Under the pieces are notes generated by a model, which did not search any database, was not told the origin of the DNA, and saw only the letters and a list, made by a program, of their open reading frames with translations. Below, piece by piece: positions 6,176 through 11,958 of a stretch of DNA of 11,958 nucleotides (position 1 is the stretch's first letter; each line of letters opens with the position of its first letter). A program made the translations under genes and the position numbers. Origin of the DNA: Elusimicrobiota bacterium (GTDB lineage Bacteria > Elusimicrobiota > Elusimicrobia > Elusimicrobiales > UBA9959); assembly GCA_027340875.1 (NCBI GenBank), contig DAIENX010000042.1:1-11958 (forward strand), written 5' to 3'.

Positions 6176-8998
6176 ATGGACAAGATAATAGTCAGCGGAG
6201 CGCGCTCCCACAACCTGCGCAACCTGAGCCTCGAGATACCCAAGAACAAGCTGGTCGTCATCACCGGCCTTTCGGGCTCGGGCAAGTCCACGCTCGCCTT
6301 CGACACCATCTACGCCGAAGGTCAGCGCCGCTACGTGGAGTCGCTCTCCGCCTACGCCCGCCAGTTCTTGGAGCAGATGGACAAACCAGACGTGGACTCC
6401 ATAGAGGGCCTTTCCCCGGCCATAGCCATACAGCAGCACCACCCCTCGAAGAACCCCCGCTCCACCGTGGGGACCGTTACGGAGATATATGACTACCTCC
6501 GCCTGCTCTACGCCAAGGCCGGCCGCCCGTACTGTCCCTCCTGCCATAAGCCGATAAAGGCGTGGTCCGCGCAGGGCATAACCGCGGAGCTGGCAACGAA
6601 ATACGCCGGCCGCAAGGTACGCGTGCTGGCGCCGCTGGTTCGCGGCCGGAGCGGCACTTATGAGGAGCTGTTCGCGAGGCTCAAGAAGTCCGGCTTCACT
6701 AAGGCCAGGGTGGACGGCAAGCTCTGCCCGCTCGACAGCCCGCCGGACCTGAAGCGCTACGTGAAGCACGACATAGACCTCTTCATCGACGAGTTCACCG
6801 TCTCGGCGGAGGACCGGGAGCGCCTCAGCGAGGCCGTGGCGCTGGCCCTGGAGCAGGGGCGCGGGCTGCTGGCCGCCGAGGAGCCCGGCAAGCCCGGGGA
6901 CCTCTACAGCGAGAAGAACGCCTGCCCCTCCTGCGGCATCAGTTTTCCCGAGCTCGAGCCGCGCCTGTTCTCCTTTAATTCCCCCCACGGCGCCTGCGCG
7001 GGCTGCGGCGGGCTGGGCATAAAGATAGAGATAGATCCGGACCTGGTGGTCCCGGACAAATCCAGATCGGTCAACGGCGGAGCGCTGGAGGCCTGGGCGA
7101 ACCCGGTGACCACGCGCACCCACCGCTGGAAGGGCTCCTGGTCCGGCTACTACGCCGAGATGCTGCAAGCCGCCGCCTCCGAGAACGATATCGACCTGGA
7201 CAAGCCCTGGAAGGACCTACCCAAGGCCCACAGGAACATCCTGCTGAACGGGTCCGGGGATTTCGAGGGGGTGGTCACCAACCTGAAGCGCCGCCACGCC
7301 GAGAGCGAGTCCGATTTCGTCAAGGAGGAGATCTACTCCAAGTTCATGCGGGAGACGGTCTGCCCGGACTGCGGCGGCAAGCGGCTGAAGCCGGAGGCCC
7401 TGAGCGTGCTGGTGGGCGGCAAGAACATCGCCCAGACCTCGGCGCTCTCCATCTCCGCCGCCAGGGACTTCATGTCCTCACTCGAGCTCACCGAGAAGGA
7501 GAAGGCCATCGCCCGGCTGATCCTGAAGGAGATCAACTCCCGCCTCACGTTCCTCAACGACGTAGGACTGGGCTATATTTCCCTGGACCGCCGCTCCGAG
7601 ACCCTCTCCGGAGGGGAGGCGCAGCGCATACAGCTGGCCACGCAGATAGGCTCGGGCCTCACCGGGGTGCTCTACGTGCTGGACGAGCCGACCATAGGCC
7701 TGCACCAGCGCGACAACGCCAGGCTCATCAACACCCTTAAATCCCTGCGGGACATCGGCAACACGCTGCTCGTGGTGGAGCACGACGAGGCGGTCATACG
7801 CGGAGCCGACCACGTGATAGACCTGGGTCCGGGCGCGGGCCTCTACGGCGGCGAGATAGTGGCGCAGGGCACGCCGGCCGAGATAGCGCGGGCCCCCCGC
7901 TCCGTGACCGGACCTTTCCTCAGCGGCGAGAGGTCGGCCATCCTGAGCCGCAAGCCCCGCCAGCATACCGGGCGCTCTCTGGATTTCTCGGGCGCGGCGC
8001 AGTTCAACCTGAAGAACATCGACGTCAGGATCCCGCTGGGGCTTTTCGTCAGCATCTGCGGCGTCTCAGGCTCGGGCAAGTCCACGCTGCTTTACGAGAT
8101 AGTCTACAAGGCCCTGGCGCGCGAGCTGTACAAGTCCAAGGAAGTCCCCGGCGCCTTCCGCTCCATGAAAGGGGCCTCGCAGATAGACAAGGTCATCATC
8201 GTCGACCAGTCGCCTATAGGTCGCACGCCGCGCTCGAACCCGTCCACTTACAGCGGAGTCTTCAACCACATCCGGGACCTGTTCGCGGCCCTGCCCGAGG
8301 CCAAGCGGCGCGGCTACGAGCCCGGCCGCTTTTCCTTCAACGTCAAGGGAGGCCGCTGCGAGGCCTGCCAGGGCGACGGCACGATCAAGATACAGATGCA
8401 GTTCCTGCCCGACGTCTACGTGAAATGCGACGAGTGCGCCGGGCGCCGTTTCAACGACGACACGCTGCAGGTCAGGTTCAAGGGCAAGAGCATCTCCGAC
8501 GTGCTGGACCTTTCCGTGGTGGAGGCCCGGGACCTGTTCGCCGACATACCGAAGATCGCCCGTATACTCGCCACGATGAGCGACGTGGGCCTGGACTACC
8601 TGAAGCTGGGCCAGAGCGCCACCACCCTCTCTGGCGGCGAGGCGCAGCGCCTGAAGCTGGCCGAGCAGCTCTCCAGGCGCGCCACCGGGCGGACCCTCTA
8701 CATCCTCGACGAGCCTACGACCGGCCTGCATTTCGCCGACGTGGAGAAGCTGCTGAAGGTGCTGCACCGGCTGACCGACGCCGGGAATACCGTGCTGGTG
8801 ATAGAGCACAACATGGACGTGATCGCCGCTTCGGACTGGCTGATAGAGCTTGGGCCGGAAGGCGGGGACGCCGGCGGAAGGCTGGTCTATTCTGGGCCGG
8901 TGACTGGCGCCCTGGCGGCCAGGGGCTCGCATACCGGGCACTACCTTCGCGAGCACCTGGGCGGCAGGAAGCAGCCCGGGCGCTCCGCGCGCCGCTAG
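6176..8998 (+). CDS. uvrA: Excinuclease ABC subunit A
   Basis: Two Walker A motifs ([16 protein letters not shown]), two LSGGEAQR signatures, LDEPT motifs, [25 protein letters not shown] and three Cys zinc-binding modules. 940 aa. Confidence 0.98.
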   Translation: MDKIIVSGARSHNLRNLSLEIPKNKLVVITGLSGSGKSTLAFDTIYAEGQRRYVESLSAYARQFLEQMDKPDVDSIEGLSPAIAIQQHHPSKNPRSTVGTVTEIYDYLRLLYAKAGRPYCPSCHKPIKAWSAQGITAELATKYAGRKVRVLAPLVRGRSGTYEELFARLKKSGFTKARVDGKLCPLDSPPDLKRYVKHDIDLFIDEFTVSAEDRERLSEAVALALEQGRGLLAAEEPGKPGDLYSEKNACPSCGISFPELEPRLFSFNSPHGACAGCGGLGIKIEIDPDLVVPDKSRSVNGGALEAWANPVTTRTHRWKGSWSGYYAEMLQAAASENDIDLDKPWKDLPKAHRNILLNGSGDFEGVVTNLKRRHAESESDFVKEEIYSKFMRETVCPDCGGKRLKPEALSVLVGGKNIAQTSALSISAARDFMSSLELTEKEKAIARLILKEINSRLTFLNDVGLGYISLDRRSETLSGGEAQRIQLATQIGSGLTGVLYVLDEPTIGLHQRDNARLINTLKSLRDIGNTLLVVEHDEAVIRGADHVIDLGPGAGLYGGEIVAQGTPAEIARAPRSVTGPFLSGERSAILSRKPRQHTGRSLDFSGAAQFNLKNIDVRIPLGLFVSICGVSGSGKSTLLYEIVYKALARELYKSKEVPGAFRSMKGASQIDKVIIVDQSPIGRTPRSNPSTYSGVFNHIRDLFAALPEAKRRGYEPGRFSFNVKGGRCEACQGDGTIKIQMQFLPDVYVKCDECAGRRFNDDTLQVRFKGKSISDVLDLSVVEARDLFADIPKIARILATMSDVGLDYLKLGQSATTLSGGEAQRLKLAEQLSRRATGRTLYILDEPTTGLHFADVEKLLKVLHRLTDAGNTVLVIEHNMDVIAASDWLIELGPEGGDAGGRLVYSGPVTGALAARGSHTGHYLREHLGGRKQPGRSARR

Positions 8999-9004
8999 GC
9001 GGCC

Positions 9005-9895
9005 TTACCTCTTCTTCCCGAATTCGGTAAAAGTGAAGGACGACAACTGTACCGGCTTGAAGTTGAAGCTGGCCGAAGGCCCGCGCTGCTGGAAGCCGCT
9101 CTTGGAGGGGGCGGTCCAGGAGTCGAGCCAGGCGGTCCATTTATTCCCGAAGTCCTCCCCCTCCCTGACCCGGTAGTTCTTCCAGAGGGCCATGTCCACG
9201 CTCTCGCCGTCGCGCACCTCGTCGCAGAAGGCCTTGAACTGCACCCGTTTATGGGACTGGTACAGGTACATCACCACGCCGTAGGACTGCAGGTACCAGT
9301 CCGCTATCTTGGAGTCCCCGGTTATGCCATCGAGCGTGGCGGCGAAGAAGCTGTCGAACGGGATGCGCCGCTCCTGCGGGAAATAGGCCAGCGCGCGGCT
9401 CCAGGCCCCGCCTTCGAGGAACACGGATTCCTCCATGTACACGGCCAGGCCCTCGTTGAGCCATTGCGGCGGGTATTTCAGCTTCTCGGCGAAATACCCC
9501 TCGAAGTACAGGTGCGTCAGCTCGTGGGCTATCACGGCCTTCAGCTTGTCCTGGTCCTCCGGGTCGTAGACCACTATGGTCTTCTTGGAGACGAAGGCCA
9601 GGCCCTTCGACCAGCGCGGCGGCTCGAACTCCCCCGCCAGGTAGGACTGCTGGGACGAATAGATGTAGACCTTGGTCTTCTCCTTCACCATCCACGGGGC
9701 GAACATGGCCAGGTTCAGCCGCATGGCCGCGTACATTCGTTCCAGCTCCAGGGAGGTGGAATTAGGGGACCAGGCGGACTCGTGGAAGACGACGAAATGA
9801 GGCGAGATTTTCTTGTGCCAGGCTATGGTCCCTGGAGCGCCACCCGCCGCCGCCGGAAGTGCCGACAGCGCCAGAATGAGCAGGGCATGGAGCAT
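9005..9895 (-). CDS. Secreted zinc metallopeptidase-like protein (gluzincin / peptidase MA-like)
   Basis: Sec-type signal peptide MLHALLILALSALPAAA, HExxH motif (AHELTH) and the downstream third-ligand motif WLNEGLA. A GGGGGA RBS-like motif precedes the ATG. Confidence 0.8.
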   Translation of the reverse strand: MLHALLILALSALPAAAGGAPGTIAWHKKISPHFVVFHESAWSPNSTSLELERMYAAMRLNLAMFAPWMVKEKTKVYIYSSQQSYLAGEFEPPRWSKGLAFVSKKTIVVYDPEDQDKLKAVIAHELTHLYFEGYFAEKLKYPPQWLNEGLAVYMEESVFLEGGAWSRALAYFPQERRIPFDSFFAATLDGITGDSKIADWYLQSYGVVMYLYQSHKRVQFKAFCDEVRDGESVDMALWKNYRVREGEDFGNKWTAWLDSWTAPSKSGFQQRGPSASFNFKPVQLSSFTFTEFGKKR

Positions 9896-9914
9896 GGAGT
9901 TCCCCCCGGGAGGG

Positions 9915-10238
9915 CTATTCTTCGTCTATGGTGACCGTGAACTGCATGGTGCCGGAAGCCGTAACGCCGGAACGGGAGTAGCTGACGCTCTTGCCGTCCA
10001 CGGTCATGAAATCGGACGTGGGAATGGTGGACAGGTTGGCGTAATTCCAGAAGTAGGACATCTTATGCGCCGTTACGCCCTTTATCCTGGCGGCGGCCTC
10101 GGTGGCCCGATAGTCCCGGGCGGCCAGTACATAGCGTGAGAGGACCCATTTCATGACCATGGCCGCGATCATGGAAAGGATCACGGACATGACCAGGGTC
10201 TGCAGCATTACCATGCCCTTACGCCAGCGCGGCTTCAT
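9915..10238 (-). CDS. Small pilin-like protein lacking Glu5 (PilX/GspK-position minor pilin), 107 aa
   Basis: Basic leader MKPRWRKG followed by hydrophobic helix MVMLQTLVMSVILSMIAAMVM, with Gln at +5. It is the last of four prepilin-like genes. Confidence 0.65.
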   Translation of the reverse strand: MKPRWRKGMVMLQTLVMSVILSMIAAMVMKWVLSRYVLAARDYRATEAAARIKGVTAHKMSYFWNYANLSTIPTSDFMTVDGKSVSYSRSGVTASGTMQFTVTIDEE

Positions 10239-10245
10239 AAATCAT

Positions 10246-10274
10246 AGTCTAGCAGAGAAAATCCCGGGCGGCAA
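10246..10274 (-). promoter_or_regulatory. Sigma70-type promoter predicting a leaderless transcript
   Basis: The minus strand reads TTGCCG - 17 nt - TAGACT (with extended TG: TGcTAGACT) - 7 nt - ATG of 9915..10238. No Shine-Dalgarno lies in between. Confidence 0.7.
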
Positions 10275-10280
10275 GGCGGG

Positions 10281-10952
10281 CTAGTTCGGACAGTTCGCCC
10301 TGATCACGGTGTCCATCGTGAAATCCACGTTGCGCTGCGCGGAGCCCATCCCGCGGGAGGCGGCTATCCATCTGGAACGCAGAACTACCCTGACGCTGCC
10401 GCTGTCGTTTATCCCCTCCGAAGCGCGGCGGGAGAAGAGGTACCCGGCCGACGTGTCCGCGTACTGCATCAGCTTGGTCACGGTCTGGCCGGCCAGGGCA
10501 GCCCCACAGGTCGGCACCGGATAAGCCCCGTTCCAGATGCTGGGAGAGACATTACCGCATGGAGTCCCGGCAGGAAGCTGGCCGGTATGGTAATAGAGGG
10601 ACTTGAACCCCGGGGTGGAGGCGTCGTCGGCCAGGCAGAAGTAATGCCAGGAGACCGGGGCCAGGGAATTGACAGGGTAACAGGAGGTGGTCTTGTCCAC
10701 GTTAACGGCGAAGGCGAGCACGCTGCCGACCCCGCCTGCGGCCGGGGCGTCCACGCGGGTAGCCGAAACCAGATTGTTCTGCACGGCGCGCATGGACAGC
10801 AGCACGCCGGTCTTGATGATGTTGTTCCGGTAGTTCTGGAACATGTAGCTGTGGCTGGTGGAATAGATGGTGGACATAGAGGCGGCTATATAGCCGAAAA
10901 TGAACACGGCTATTATCAGTTCTACCAGCGTGAACCCGCTCCTTCTCTTCAT
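10281..10952 (-). CDS. Prepilin-type N-methylation domain protein (PilW/GspJ-like minor pilin), 223 aa
   Basis: Class III signal MKRRSG|FTLVELIIAVFIFGYIA. The true start is ATG 10952, 2 bp after the upstream stop. Confidence 0.85.
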   Translation of the reverse strand: MKRRSGFTLVELIIAVFIFGYIAASMSTIYSTSHSYMFQNYRNNIIKTGVLLSMRAVQNNLVSATRVDAPAAGGVGSVLAFAVNVDKTTSCYPVNSLAPVSWHYFCLADDASTPGFKSLYYHTGQLPAGTPCGNVSPSIWNGAYPVPTCGAALAGQTVTKLMQYADTSAGYLFSRRASEGINDSGSVRVVLRSRWIAASRGMGSAQRNVDFTMDTVIRANCPN

Positions 10953-10954
10953 AG

Positions 10955-11395
10955 CTACTCCGTGTACGTCAGTTGGAACACCACCTGCTTGCAGGCCCCG
11001 GACCCGGTGCCGAAACCGCAGTCGACGTCGGTGACGTTGTACTGGAGCGAAGCGGCGGGGACTCCGGGCGGAGAAAGCGGGTTGGGGGCCGCCACCAGCG
11101 ACGAAATATAGTGCGGACCGGCGGACAGCGCCCACGCCGGCTGCGGACTCTCCGCGGACCAGCGTCCGGAATTCGGGACGTAGGAAGCGTTGCCTGGGTC
11201 GGCGCTGACATAACCCTTCAGCGTCTCCTGCGCGTAGCGCATGGCCATAGCGGCGGCATCGCGCTTGTCCGCCCTTGAGCTGGAGACGAAGCCCGAGAGC
11301 ACCACGGAAAAGATGGCCGTGGTGGTCACGGCCGCTATCATCGTGGCCATCGTCACCTCGACGAGGGTTTGTCCAGGCCTTCCCCGCGGCTTCAT
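10955..11395 (-). CDS. Prepilin-like protein (PilV/GspI-like minor pilin), 146 aa
   Basis: MKPRGRPG|QTLVEVTMATMIAAVTTTAIFSVVL, and a C-terminal beta-strand KQVVFQLTY with a Cys pair. The true start is ATG 11395. Confidence 0.8.
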   Translation of the reverse strand: MKPRGRPGQTLVEVTMATMIAAVTTTAIFSVVLSGFVSSSRADKRDAAAMAMRYAQETLKGYVSADPGNASYVPNSGRWSAESPQPAWALSAGPHYISSLVAAPNPLSPPGVPAASLQYNVTDVDCGFGTGSGACKQVVFQLTYTE

Positions 11396-11399
11396 ATCG

Positions 11400-11873
11400 T
11401 CAGAACTTAGGGCAGTCGGGCGCGGAACTCCGGGGCGAGCATGAGCCCGTATCCGAGAAGTTGTAGCCCCAGCCCGAGTAATTCGCGCTGGCGCCGCTGC
11501 CCCGGCGCGTGCAGGAGACGTTGCCGCCGCCGCAGGAGCCGGCGCCCACATAGAAATTATAAGCCGAGGCCCCCCAGTCCTGCCGGGCCACATAGTTGCA
11601 CCGGACCAGCCGGCAGGCGGAAGTGTCGCCCGTGGAACAGGCCCCGCTGTTGCAGCCGTTCGTCACCTGGCCGTTCAGGGAGGCACCCGGGTTGTCCAGC
11701 TGGAACATGCGGTAGGCATTGCCCAGCATGTGACCGATGGCCACGGAGTCGGTGGCTTTGGAGGTCTCCACGGTCTTGTAGTAGTACGGAACGCCGATGG
11801 AGGCCAGTATGCCCATGATCAGGACGACCACGACCATCTCGATCAGGGTGAATCCCGCGCGGTTCTTGTTCAT
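11400..11873 (-). CDS. Type IV pilin (PilE/PilA/GspG-like), cysteine-rich, 157 aa
   Basis: MNKNRAG|FTLIEMVVVVLIMGILASIGVPYYYKTVE is a canonical type IVa prepilin N-terminus. It has a strong RBS and 8 Cys in the C-terminal half. Confidence 0.92.
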   Translation of the reverse strand: MNKNRAGFTLIEMVVVVLIMGILASIGVPYYYKTVETSKATDSVAIGHMLGNAYRMFQLDNPGASLNGQVTNGCNSGACSTGDTSACRLVRCNYVARQDWGASAYNFYVGAGSCGGGNVSCTRRGSGASANYSGWGYNFSDTGSCSPRSSAPDCPKF

Positions 11874-11878
11874 ATAGT

Positions 11879-11892
11879 CCTCCCCCTCCTCA
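11879..11892 (-). promoter_or_regulatory. Strong tandem Shine-Dalgarno for the pilin gene
   Basis: The minus strand reads TGAGGAGGGGGAGG-actat-ATG, with GGAGG 5 nt before the start. Confidence 0.75.
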
Positions 11893-11898
11893 CCCCGG

Positions 11899-11958
11899 TC
11901 AGCCGGCGCCGATCTGGGACAGCTGGAATATCGGCATGAAGATGCTCATCACGATGAC
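11899..11958 (-). CDS. pilC: C-terminal end of a type IV pilus / T2SS inner-membrane platform protein (PilC/GspF family), truncated by the window edge; not in the ORF track
   Basis: The minus strand from 11958 translates VIVMSIFMPIFQLSQIGAG*. This matches the PilC/GspF terminal TM motif (IVxAxFLPIFxL) and lies directly upstream of pilins. Confidence 0.8.
   Translation of the reverse strand, partial: VIVMSIFMPIFQLSQIGAG

Noticed and set aside
4379..7168. 929-aa minus-strand ORF
   Set aside because: It is the antisense shadow of nadB and uvrA, expected from GC-rich codon usage, and has no recognisable motifs.
8066..9934. Overlapping ORFs 8066..8956, 8425..9030, 8715..9140, 9249..9695 and 9251..9934
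   Set aside because: They are alternate-frame or antisense shadows of uvrA and the peptidase with no independent support.
10953..11593. Longer starts for the PilW-like (11135) and PilV-like (11593) ORFs
   Set aside because: The extensions overlap upstream pilin genes and would bury the class III signal peptides. ATGs at 10952 and 11395 give proper short basic leaders.

Overview
GC-rich bacterial chromosomal window. The pilin N-termini and gene set suggest Elusimicrobiota, but this is an unverified inference. Left to right it contains: (1) the 3' end of lptB; (2) a 181-nt branched palindromic element; (3) a tightly coupled minus-strand operon encoding an LPG_synthase_TM/UPF0104 membrane protein, a gamma-carbonic-anhydrase-like protein, a single-domain response regulator, an endonuclease III-related HhH-GPD protein and a TPR protein; (4) an AT-rich divergent promoter; (5) nadB, whose last ~36 codons and stop lie inside a second, 128-nt palindromic element; (6) uvrA; and (7) a minus-strand type IV pilus/T2SS-type cluster (end of pilC/gspF plus four prepilin-like genes) ending in a secreted HExxH metallopeptidase. 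The most unusual signal is non-coding. The two palindromic elements have unrelated outer stems but share a two-hairpin core with compensatory changes and conserved GA/GA internal loops, which points to an uncharacterised structured repeat or MITE-like family. One copy appears to have rewritten the C-terminus of NadB. A textbook sigma70 promoter inside the pilin cluster predicts a leaderless mRNA for the PilX-like gene plus the peptidase. All alignments and folds were done by eye and no database searches were run.
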